Part shown: positions 26,938 through 35,064 of the stretch, in pieces | Position numbering within the stretch: the stretch's first letter is position 1 | Layout of the letters: every line of letters begins with the position of its first letter | Virus record (IMG/VR): IMGVR_UViG_3300042922_000270 | Reading direction: 5' to 3' (one strand) | DNA: 64,000 bases | Source: a virus | Taxonomy: Duplodnaviria > Heunggongvirae > Uroviricota > Caudoviricetes | Made by a program: the position numbers and the translations under genes | The notes under the pieces: generated by a model | Seen by the model: only the letters and a program-made list of their open reading frames with translations | What the model was told of the DNA's origin: nothing | Databases searched by the model: none

Positions 26938-29214
26938 TTACCTTACAGGACAAGCACCAGTGGCACAAGCTGCATCAAGATCGTCATCAGCAGAGTTAGA
27001 ACCATTCTCGATAGCGTTGAGTAGAGCAATATCGATAGCCTGCTGGCCAGCAATACGTTCGTTGTACTCGTCTTCCTCGATAGCCTCATAAGGGGCTAGG
27101 TCATACTTATCATTAGATTTGTTCTGGAAAGAAACACCAATGTAGTCATCCCAGTTATCGTGTAGCTTCTTGAAGAGAGGGAGCCACTCATCATCACCAA
27201 CCTGAATGGTTGCTGAAGTGTTGTGGTCAGTCCAGTTCTTCTGAGCAGCTAGATACCTATCAAACTGATCAATGGCTGACTCATCAGCAGCCTTACTCTT
27301 AGCAGCGGTCTTCACTACGAACTCCACTACCCAGGTGTCGGCTAGATCAAGAATCATGTCCTTGGTGTAGTCGTCTAGCATATCAAAGTGCTTAGAGGTC
27401 ATGGTGTAGAGATTATCGTTACCGGTTACCTTAAATACGTGATCGTGGAACTCTGCAGGGAGCTTAGTCCATCCCTTTCCAAACTCAGGATACACCTTGT
27501 AGCCTTGCTGCCTTACAGTTCTCGCAAGAGCATCGAAACTGTTAATACGAACGCGACGAATAAAATAAGGGGCAAAAGAACGGTGGAAACCACTGGAACA
27601 AGCAACCAACTGAGAAAGAGTACCAGAGGGCTGAACAGTAGTAACCAGAAGAGGACGGGGAATTCCCATCTCGACAGAGTACGTATCAGCTTCCTCATTA
27701 GCAGCCTCCCTTAGGTCAGCAAGTAGTTGATCAGCGTGGACAGTCTTGATATTACCATCTTCGTCAACGGTGTGGACCATACGACCACCAGCAGTAGCTG
27801 CATCGAATGCATCCTCGATACCAGTTAGATTCACACCTAGTAGGCGGTCACGCTTCTGTACAGCATCCCACTTAGGTAGCTCGATGTCTACGTTAGTAAT
27901 ACGCATACAGTGACGAGTAGCCTGACGCACTAGTCTCTTAAGCATACCTACATCAAGCATGCCCCCAGTAATAGCTGTAGTCATGAAGACAGTAGCTAGG
28001 TTACAGAAGCCACGGTTGGCTAGTAGGATCTCAGCACAAGGGTTCACACCAGCGAAGTTAGGACGACGCTTAGCAGCAGCCTGAGCATTGATGAAACCAG
28101 GCTCGTAGCTATTCTTGATGCTATCAACCAACTTGTTAAGGTAAGAGCGCTTAGGCTTGCCCCAGAACATGATTGAGTTGTTAGACATGTTACGGTGTTG
28201 GGTCCTAGGGTCAGCCCAGAACTCATCCTTAGCATGTAGCATCTGATCATCTTCAGCATCAAACAGAGCAATCTGAGCAGTCCTACGGACGCCGCCAGCT
28301 ACTACATTCTTACCGATAATGTTGCTAATATCTAGTACGTCAATAGGACGTAGGCGAGCCATACCGCCATAGATCTCTTCGTGCTGCTTACGGGTCAAAG
28401 TATCCCAACCAGTAATCCTACGGTTGATATCTAATTCATCTGGACCAATAAAAGGCTCTTCGGGAGCTTCTACAATCACCTGATGAATGAGTTTGAGCAT
28501 ATCTACGTATGACTCAGGACCAGAGGACTTACCACCAAAACGCTTTAGACGCTCACCTTGAGGTCTGATGCTATCTACGTTTACAGTAATCTTAGTAACA
28601 GTTTTCTCAGCTAGAAGCTCAAAGAACTTCTGCACACCCTTAGCCCAGCCCTCACGTGAGTCACCAACATAGATGACCTTAGCGGTAGGGTTAAACATCT
28701 CATCTTGAACGATAGTCTCATCTGCGTAAGACTGATTCCAGTTGTAAGGTTGAACTACTAGTTCGATGTTCTTGTTAAATAGGGGTAGCTTCTTTACATG
28801 CTCCCACTCTGTTGAGAAGCCTACTCCACAGCCTACCATTAGGAGGTAGAACATGTCATGGAAAGACTCAATACTGTCAACAGCAGTAAAGCTACAGTTG
28901 TAGTTAGCGGTAGGAATCATATCAATGATGTCCGTTCCACCAACCCACATAGTACGGCCTGAGGGTAGCTGCCTCAGATAAAACATATCATCAAGAGACT
29001 GGATAGCCTCCTGCATTAAAACTTCTTGTGCTTTAGGGCCTCTGTAAAGGCTGTAACTGTACCTGACACACCTTAGACAGGTCTCTAACCATGTCTCTCG
29101 GCGACCCTCGTTCTCTAGCCATCTTGAGTATGTTCGTAGGTAAACGAACTCACTAAATGCATTGGGGAACGGGTTAATACCAGTGTACTGTTCTAAAGCT
29201 TCTTGACTAAACAT
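26938..29214 (-). CDS. nrdJ: Class II (adenosylcobalamin-dependent) ribonucleotide reductase
   Basis: RTYSR...RETW.E.C.R, LPSGRTMW.GG, NCSF, GGVRRTAQI, GVNPCAEILL (catalytic NPCxE), VQPSGTLS, WTDHNTSAT and a terminal CATGACPVR. Confidence 0.93.
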   Translation of the reverse strand: MFSQEALEQYTGINPFPNAFSEFVYLRTYSRWLENEGRRETWLETCLRCVRYSYSLYRGPKAQEVLMQEAIQSLDDMFYLRQLPSGRTMWVGGTDIIDMIPTANYNCSFTAVDSIESFHDMFYLLMVGCGVGFSTEWEHVKKLPLFNKNIELVVQPYNWNQSYADETIVQDEMFNPTAKVIYVGDSREGWAKGVQKFFELLAEKTVTKITVNVDSIRPQGERLKRFGGKSSGPESYVDMLKLIHQVIVEAPEEPFIGPDELDINRRITGWDTLTRKQHEEIYGGMARLRPIDVLDISNIIGKNVVAGGVRRTAQIALFDAEDDQMLHAKDEFWADPRTQHRNMSNNSIMFWGKPKRSYLNKLVDSIKNSYEPGFINAQAAAKRRPNFAGVNPCAEILLANRGFCNLATVFMTTAITGGMLDVGMLKRLVRQATRHCMRITNVDIELPKWDAVQKRDRLLGVNLTGIEDAFDAATAGGRMVHTVDEDGNIKTVHADQLLADLREAANEEADTYSVEMGIPRPLLVTTVQPSGTLSQLVACSSGFHRSFAPYFIRRVRINSFDALARTVRQQGYKVYPEFGKGWTKLPAEFHDHVFKVTGNDNLYTMTSKHFDMLDDYTKDMILDLADTWVVEFVVKTAAKSKAADESAIDQFDRYLAAQKNWTDHNTSATIQVGDDEWLPLFKKLHDNWDDYIGVSFQNKSNDKYDLAPYEAIEEDEYNERIAGQQAIDIALLNAIENGSNSADDDLDAACATGACPVR

Positions 29215-29313
29215 TTATCTACTTTTCTCCGACTTCTCTAATTCTCTGAGACAATAAAGCCCAACCACTAGAGTAGCTGGGTGAAGTATATTTAATAACA
29301 ACTAATGGTGTAT

Positions 29314-29877
29314 TTACTTAGCAAATCCATGCTTGCTAAGTCCTGCTTCAAGCTGGGTATACTTAGTACCAAGCCATAATGCCATGTCAGGCAGGTTTAC
29401 AAAGGACGTACTGGGCTCTACTTTAAGTAGTAAATGTCTTCCGTCTAGTCTGATACGAGACTTGTCCTGTTCGATTCGGTGGGACTGGTTTAATTTATTT
29501 ACTCGGAGAACCTTGGTGAGCTGCTGGGCTAGAAGTCTAGAACCAGTAGTTCCCATAGGCGAGCCTACCATACTGTTTAATTGTTTAAAGGTCGCTTCAC
29601 CAAACTGTGACAGAATGTGAGAAGCGATGGTGTCTATGTTTCCGATAGCCAACCGACCATTAGTGTAGTTAGTTTTAAGATACGATATATCTCTAGCTAA
29701 GTCAACTAGTAGTACTGATCCAATAGCTACTGGAGTGGGGTCTCCCTTAAACACGGGTGAGACTCTGAGAAGGGTCTCTTGATAGTAAACTCCAACCCAA
29801 TCAACTAGATCGGGTACGGAGTGAATGATTTCGATCTTCTGATCAGACAGTAAAGGCGAGTTCAAGGTCATCCTCAT
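29314..29877 (-). CDS. Hypothetical protein (start uncertain)
   Basis: Clean ORF within the operon; no recognised motif. Confidence 0.5.
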   Translation of the reverse strand: MRMTLNSPLLSDQKIEIIHSVPDLVDWVGVYYQETLLRVSPVFKGDPTPVAIGSVLLVDLARDISYLKTNYTNGRLAIGNIDTIASHILSQFGEATFKQLNSMVGSPMGTTGSRLLAQQLTKVLRVNKLNQSHRIEQDKSRIRLDGRHLLLKVEPSTSFVNLPDMALWLGTKYTQLEAGLSKHGFAK

Positions 29878-30424
29878 AAACTAGAATAGGGTAAGGGGCA
29901 GGGCTATGAGCACTACTACCGACATAAGTACTAGCAGTGGTAACCGATTTCTTAATAGCCTCACGGTCCTCGTCTGTGGTGAAGTCCACCCGGTAACCAG
30001 AAATAAGCTTAGGTCTGGTAAGAGTCTTGTTATCATCATCCAGCTCCAGCACTAATCGAGCACTACTTCGCTGAATGATCTTACCGATCTTCTTGTAGTA
30101 GGGAGAAGACTTATCCATACAGATGACTAGGTCATTGACAGCAAAGTTGAAGGCTGCTGACACGAAGCCAGCGACATCTACTTCTACGTCTCCCACTTTA
30201 ACCTTAATAGAGGGAGCACCAAGATAAGCTGAGTCTATGTACATATTGGAGGGTCCATTGCCTAATCCAATAGGCTGAGCTTGAATTACGATACTGTTAT
30301 TGGCATTAAGGCTAGCAAGAGTATTAGCCGCTTGCTGTGCAATAGTTGTACCCTGAGTAGTAACGCCATTAGGTACAATGGCAGCTACCTGCGGTGTCCC
30401 ATAATTATTATTGGGTATATTCAT
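29843..30424 (-). CDS. SH3/KOW-like family member 3, with an Asn/Gln/Ala-rich N-terminal extension
   Basis: FAVNDLVIC...YKKIGKI...YRVDF...EDDLELAFTV. Confidence 0.65.
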   Translation of the reverse strand: MNIPNNNYGTPQVAAIVPNGVTTQGTTIAQQAANTLASLNANNSIVIQAQPIGLGNGPSNMYIDSAYLGAPSIKVKVGDVEVDVAGFVSAAFNFAVNDLVICMDKSSPYYKKIGKIIQRSSARLVLELDDDNKTLTRPKLISGYRVDFTTDEDREAIKKSVTTASTYVGSSAHSPAPYPILVYEDDLELAFTV

Positions 30425-30782
30425 ACGTGATTATTAGTTCTTTGCCAAGCTTCTTGGCGATGTTGATAGACCCTTCGGTCCCTCTAGATAGACCGTCCCA
30501 GTATGCTAGTACTAGATCGGCATCTTTTATAATTAGCTCATTACGGACATGACCGGCAGCCTTACCATACTTCTTCCAATCAGGCAGATGTATCTCTATG
30601 CTCCAGCCTAGATGGTCAGCTGCTTTAGCCCCCATGCTATCTGCACCAGAGGCTCCTCCACTCACAAGTGTAAAGTCTACTGTACCGAAGTAATGTTCCT
30701 GTATGCAGGACAAGTGCCGGAAGATAATAAACTTATCTTTCCAGCTCCTGCTTCCTACTACGGCCACCCTTAGTTGATTCAT
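30408..30782 (-). CDS. SLOG/YspA-like (DUF2493) protein
   Basis: RVAVVGSRSW, LVSGGASGAD, DWKKYGKAAGHVRN and AYWDG.SRGT motifs. Confidence 0.85.
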   Translation of the reverse strand: MNQLRVAVVGSRSWKDKFIIFRHLSCIQEHYFGTVDFTLVSGGASGADSMGAKAADHLGWSIEIHLPDWKKYGKAAGHVRNELIIKDADLVLAYWDGLSRGTEGSINIAKKLGKELIITYEYTQ

Positions 30783-31150
30783 ATTGAAAAGACCATCTCT
30801 ATGTCGTTCTCAGATACGAATCCATGGTTCCACATAACTATGGGAGTCTGAGGATCATGAGAGTTAAAGATCTCGTGCTTACTACAATCGAACACATGGT
30901 GATAGTGTAGGTAGGCTTCGTCCTCTTCACAGAGAGCCCACTCATCTGAGCCATCAACCCAGAAACAAGCACAAGAGATCAGTTCAAATATAAGGCCAGA
31001 AGGCTTATGTAGGACTAGGTCCCCCGGCTGGTAAGTGTGCGCCGACTTATAGTCCTGCGGACATTCTGGTTGCTCTGGGTACATGAACCAATGATCGTCG
31101 GTATCGTAATGAGTATTTAGTTCTTCTACTGTGTAGAGAGGTCTGTGCAC
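30779..31150 (-). CDS. SH3/KOW-like family member 4
   Basis: YQPGDLVLHK...ENDIEMVFSI. Confidence 0.6.
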   Translation of the reverse strand: MHRPLYTVEELNTHYDTDDHWFMYPEQPECPQDYKSAHTYQPGDLVLHKPSGLIFELISCACFWVDGSDEWALCEEDEAYLHYHHVFDCSKHEIFNSHDPQTPIVMWNHGFVSENDIEMVFSI

Positions 31151-31500
31151 TTGTGAGCCTCTATAAGAGCTTGTACTTTCTCAAGGTCTCGTAGTGCATC
31201 TAGTACAGTCGAGGCCTCTTCTAGGCCATCCTGGACCATCAATTCATGCACCCACTTGAGTGCTGATTGAGTATTAGGATGGAAGGGGCGGGGAGCCTGA
31301 ACCCAAGGTCCATAGTCCCCAGCCTTCACAAAGTCATACTGAGTGACCCCATCTACCTTTTTGGGTATCTGAGCATCCTCTACATAACGCTTGCGCTTAT
31401 GCACAACCACATTGAGTCTACCTGACTCTACACCTAGACCGTAGTACCCGTCTTCCCAGACAGGCTTTACGATAGTCTTCTCTTGTTCTTTCTTCGACAT
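31126..31500 (-). CDS. Hypothetical protein
   Basis: Clean ORF coupled to the ligA stop. Confidence 0.5.
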   Translation of the reverse strand: MSKKEQEKTIVKPVWEDGYYGLGVESGRLNVVVHKRKRYVEDAQIPKKVDGVTQYDFVKAGDYGPWVQAPRPFHPNTQSALKWVHELMVQDGLEEASTVLDALRDLEKVQALIEAHKCTDLSTQ

Positions 31501-33581
31501 TAGTTAGCACCGTTGTTAGATATAATAGCTGTGAGTTGGTGCTCATCAATAATAGTCACTACCCTAAGCTTCTCAGCCTTCTCAAGCTTACTACCTGCTG
31601 CCTCACCGGCTACAAGATAGTCCAGCTTCTTACTGACTGAGCTAGTCACAGTACCACCATTCTCAATGATCTGCTTCTCAAGAACACCCCTAGGAACAGA
31701 GTGAGTACCAGTGATGCAGAAGGTCTTACCAACTAGACTACCAGAGGCCACTACAGTCTCATCTTTATCGGTGTAAACCTCAGACCACTCAAGGTCATGT
31801 AGCCAGCCAGAGTTATCGTCTAGCCAGTTAACAAAACTATTGGCTGTCTCTTTACCGATACCCTTGAGAGATATTAATTGTTTAGTAAGCTCTTCGTGTT
31901 CTTCGTTCATGATTGTGTTTAGAAGTTCTTCTAGTGACCAATTCTGAGCAATAGCCTTACACTCAGGCTCACCTAAACCAGGACAGCCCATAGCATGAAG
32001 AGTCCTGAACCATGGTAGCGTCTTAGCCTTCTCAATCTGCTCTACGAGCTTCTTAGTACGACTAGCCCCAAAGGTAATGCCATCAATCTTAGTCTTAGCA
32101 ATCTGAGACGCCATAGACTTAAGCTTAAGCAGGTCAGGAATAAACTTAACGAAGCCTTCAGTTACCAGCATCTCTGCTACTGATTCGCCTAGGCCATCAA
32201 TATCCCAATTCTTCTTGATACCTGCATTATATACAGCACCACTAAGTCTTGGACCACAGTGGAGATTACCACAGATCAAGTCTACACCGGTCTCGTTCCA
32301 TTCAGTCTTGTCCCCACAAGAAGGACATTCTTTAGGGAGTAATGGGCCACGCTCAGCGGGCATAGTGCAACCCACAGGGTATTCAAACTTCTCAATAACC
32401 TTAGCTACCTGTGGGATGATCATGTTGGCCTTAAAGACCTCTACAATATCACCAACCTCAATATCTAACTCTTTGACATTCTTGGCGTTGTGTAGTGTAG
32501 CTCTCTCAACGGTGGTCCCGTCTAGCTCCACAGGTTCGAACACAGCAGTAGGAACAATTCTACCAGTTCTAGTGGCAACCCAATCAATCTCTTTAATAGT
32601 TGTTTCAGCTGTTTCAGTTTTGAACTTAATAGCGATACCATATTTAGGGAACCTCGTGGATAGGCCCATAGACCTCTGGATGTTCATGTCATCAATCATG
32701 ACGACTACACCATCGTTAGGATCGTCTACGTTACCTAAGAACTCTTCTTCTAGATACCAGAAGGGCGTACCGCCGTCGGATAGCTGGAAGATGTCTGACT
32801 CATCAAACTCACCTTCAAGACCACCCAGCGTAACAGACCCTCCACCCTGAGTGGACATATCAGCTATAACCTCAGGTGTGTGGAACATCTGATCTCGTAG
32901 CCACCAGATCTTATCCTGGAACCTATCAAACCACAGATCTTCGTGATGCTGCTTACTTTGGTCAAAGACCTCATAGGCAGTGAATCTCAAGAACTGTACG
33001 AACTCTTTATCAGACTCTTTACGTAGGATGCCTGAGGCAGCGTTACGAGTGTTCTTGAACTGATCCTTCTTACGCTCTGCACGTAGGAGATTGGCCTCAT
33101 ACAAGTCCTCTTCAGACATATACACCTCACCACGGATTTCTACTGGGTGGCCCATAGCAGGAATGTGTTTGGGCAGGTAGTAACTGTCCATGGCCAAGAC
33201 CTGTGAAGTGACGTCCTCACCATAGGACACACCACCCACAAGCTTACCTCGGGTGATGGCCTTAACAAGCTTACCTGTGGGGTCATACCAGAGAGACAGA
33301 GAGCTTCCGTCAATCTTTGGCATGATAAAAATAGCTAGGTCTTTACGGTCACCGAAGAACTTAAGAACCTCCTCAGGGGTGTGGGCCTTCTCAAGTGAAA
33401 GCATGGGACGCTTATGCTGTACAGTTCCAGAGTTACCGAACTGCATCCACTTCTCTCCCGTGAGCGAGAAGTACTGCTCAACTAGAGCGTTATACTCATA
33501 GTCTTCCATGATTGGATTACTAAGGTCGTAGTAGGCTACATCAGCCTCTTGTAGTTTCTTTGTTAGTTCTTCTAGATTCAT
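31500..33581 (-). CDS. ligA: NAD-dependent DNA ligase
   Basis: PMLSLEK, KIDG adenylation motif, EIRGEV, RNAASG, OB-fold RTGRIVP, CPSC...C...C zinc finger, HhH repeats and a C-terminal BRCT. Confidence 0.95.
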   Translation of the reverse strand: MNLEELTKKLQEADVAYYDLSNPIMEDYEYNALVEQYFSLTGEKWMQFGNSGTVQHKRPMLSLEKAHTPEEVLKFFGDRKDLAIFIMPKIDGSSLSLWYDPTGKLVKAITRGKLVGGVSYGEDVTSQVLAMDSYYLPKHIPAMGHPVEIRGEVYMSEEDLYEANLLRAERKKDQFKNTRNAASGILRKESDKEFVQFLRFTAYEVFDQSKQHHEDLWFDRFQDKIWWLRDQMFHTPEVIADMSTQGGGSVTLGGLEGEFDESDIFQLSDGGTPFWYLEEEFLGNVDDPNDGVVVMIDDMNIQRSMGLSTRFPKYGIAIKFKTETAETTIKEIDWVATRTGRIVPTAVFEPVELDGTTVERATLHNAKNVKELDIEVGDIVEVFKANMIIPQVAKVIEKFEYPVGCTMPAERGPLLPKECPSCGDKTEWNETGVDLICGNLHCGPRLSGAVYNAGIKKNWDIDGLGESVAEMLVTEGFVKFIPDLLKLKSMASQIAKTKIDGITFGASRTKKLVEQIEKAKTLPWFRTLHAMGCPGLGEPECKAIAQNWSLEELLNTIMNEEHEELTKQLISLKGIGKETANSFVNWLDDNSGWLHDLEWSEVYTDKDETVVASGSLVGKTFCITGTHSVPRGVLEKQIIENGGTVTSSVSKKLDYLVAGEAAGSKLEKAEKLRVVTIIDEHQLTAIISNNGAN

Positions 33582-33587
33582 ACAGAT

Positions 33588-33614
33588 AAAAAGAGAGGAG
33601 GCTTACGCCTCCTC
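33588..33614 (-). terminator. Rho-independent terminator 7 nt upstream of the ligA start
   Basis: GAGGAGGC-GTAA-GCCTCCTC then TCTTTTT on the - strand. Confidence 0.75.
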
Positions 33615-33728
33615 ATCCTCGGTAGTAGTTGGGGGAGCTTCGGTAGGAGCAGAGCCTTCGATCATATACTGAACGTCGGCTCCCTCAAAATCTACCAGAG
33701 GCTCAGGTTTCTGAGTCTCTTCTGACAT
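33603..33728 (-). CDS. Small acidic peptide (41 aa), absent from the ORF track
   Basis: MSEETQKPEPLVDFEGADVQYMIEGSAPTEAPPTTTEDEEA; TAATG-coupled to the upstream ORF. Confidence 0.55.
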   Translation of the reverse strand: MSEETQKPEPLVDFEGADVQYMIEGSAPTEAPPTTTEDEEA

Positions 33729-34012
33729 TAGATACCCTGTAGGTGCTCTAGCTCAGTGCGCTTCTTAGCGGTCTTGGGCTGGTCGGCCTCTACAACAGGA
33801 GTCTCCTCACCATCACGAGCACCACCTAGAGCAGCGACTAGGTCGACTGATACTGAGCGCTTCATACCCTTTAGGCGGAGTGATACCTTACCATCAGCTA
33901 GTAGTTCGGCTACTACTGCTCTCTCATCACCGTTCTTATCAATTAGAGTCACATCTAGCTCGCGAACTACTGACTCAACCTTCTCTGCCGTTACGTTTAG
34001 CTTTGCTGCCAT
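33728..34012 (-). CDS. Hypothetical protein
   Basis: Clean ORF; basic/acidic, no motif recognised. Confidence 0.55.
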   Translation of the reverse strand: MAAKLNVTAEKVESVVRELDVTLIDKNGDERAVVAELLADGKVSLRLKGMKRSVSVDLVAALGGARDGEETPVVEADQPKTAKKRTELEHLQGI

Positions 34013-34013
34013 T

Positions 34014-34328
34014 TTAATTGTTTCCTTCGGTCAACTCTGTGACCTTATCGATAATAAATTCTTTAGTGCGCATACCTAGGAAGAACCCCTTGCTCTCTCC
34101 GTTTTGGAATACCACTGTTGTTGGGACTGTCTTGACCTTATACTCTCTAGCTAGGTCCTGGTTCTCTGCCAGGTTTACCGTATAGATGTTGTACTGGTCG
34201 TCTAACTGCTCTAGGGTGGCGTCAAGAATCTTACAAGGGCCACAAGTAGTTAGATAAAACTTTACGAGGCTCACGCCTGCTGATTTGGTTACCAGCTCAT
34301 CGAACTGGTCATGTTGAATGTCTTGCAT
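34014..34328 (-). CDS. trxA: Thioredoxin
   Basis: CGPC active site, VN..EN.DLA.EY.V..VPT cis-Pro loop. Confidence 0.93.
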   Translation of the reverse strand: MQDIQHDQFDELVTKSAGVSLVKFYLTTCGPCKILDATLEQLDDQYNIYTVNLAENQDLAREYKVKTVPTTVVFQNGESKGFFLGMRTKEFIIDKVTELTEGNN

Positions 34329-35002
34329 TACTTCTTAAAGATCCCGCTAATACCGATGTTCCAGGTATTAACATAGTTAGCTCCCTTAGGGTGACTAGTT
34401 TGTAGGTTGGCAGGAGGCTTAGATCCGTTAACCTTATTGAGAACATCATCAGCCATCTTGTGAAGAATGGGAGGAGCACCTACACCAGTAGAACCGTAAC
34501 CGCCTGTGCGATTAGAGTCTTCGTCCTTCTCAGGAACGACACCCTCTACTGCTTCCATCTGGTAGTATCTCTCTACACAACCCTGAGCAATACGGTCACC
34601 TGCAGTGACCACAAAGTCTACATCACTATGGTTGTATAGGATGATACCAATCTCTTGTCTGTAGTCCTCATCAATAAGACCTGCACCGACTTCGATACCG
34701 TGCTTAAGGGATAGACCAGACCTAGAGTGTAGCCTAATTCTAAACCCTTGAGGGATTACCATCTTTAGGCCAGTCTTGATGAGTAGTCTGCCACGAGCAG
34801 GGACCACAGCATCAACAGGAGAGACGAAATCACAACCAGCAGCCTTCATAGACCCATAGATGGGCAGAGCAGCATTGGGGTGAGTCTTCTCTACTATAAA
34901 CTTAGGGTTATCGAATTGGGGATAGCCCTGTTGATTTAAATAATACTTGTTAGACAAGTTTAAATATCCTTGTGAATTTGGTATAATGCTTACTATAAGC
35001 AC
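34328..35002 (-). CDS. dut: Trimeric dUTPase
   Basis: AAGCD, RSGLSLK, GLIDEDYR, GDRIAQ and RTGGYGSTG (motifs I-V). Confidence 0.95.
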   Translation of the reverse strand: MLIVSIIPNSQGYLNLSNKYYLNQQGYPQFDNPKFIVEKTHPNAALPIYGSMKAAGCDFVSPVDAVVPARGRLLIKTGLKMVIPQGFRIRLHSRSGLSLKHGIEVGAGLIDEDYRQEIGIILYNHSDVDFVVTAGDRIAQGCVERYYQMEAVEGVVPEKDEDSNRTGGYGSTGVGAPPILHKMADDVLNKVNGSKPPANLQTSHPKGANYVNTWNIGISGIFKK

Positions 35003-35026
35003 TTGTTTGCTCGTTAGAATAGTATA

Positions 35027-35055
35027 ATTATACTCTAAACGAACGAGGTTGTAAA
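35027..35055 (-). promoter_or_regulatory. sigma70-type promoter for the dut-trxA operon
   Basis: On the - strand: TTTACA (35055-35050), 17-nt spacer, TATAAT (35032-35027). Confidence 0.7.
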
Positions 35056-35064
35056 TAACTAATT

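Noticed and set aside
26938-29214. Intein or intron in nrdJ, ligA, terL or the helicases
   Set aside because: The insertions are short; no C/S...HN splice motifs, homing-endonuclease motifs or frame breaks were seen.
29215-29313. Intergenic gap upstream of nrdJ as a cobalamin riboswitch or small ORF
   Set aside because: About 100 nt, AT-rich, with no B12-box consensus, convincing stem or start codon found by eye.
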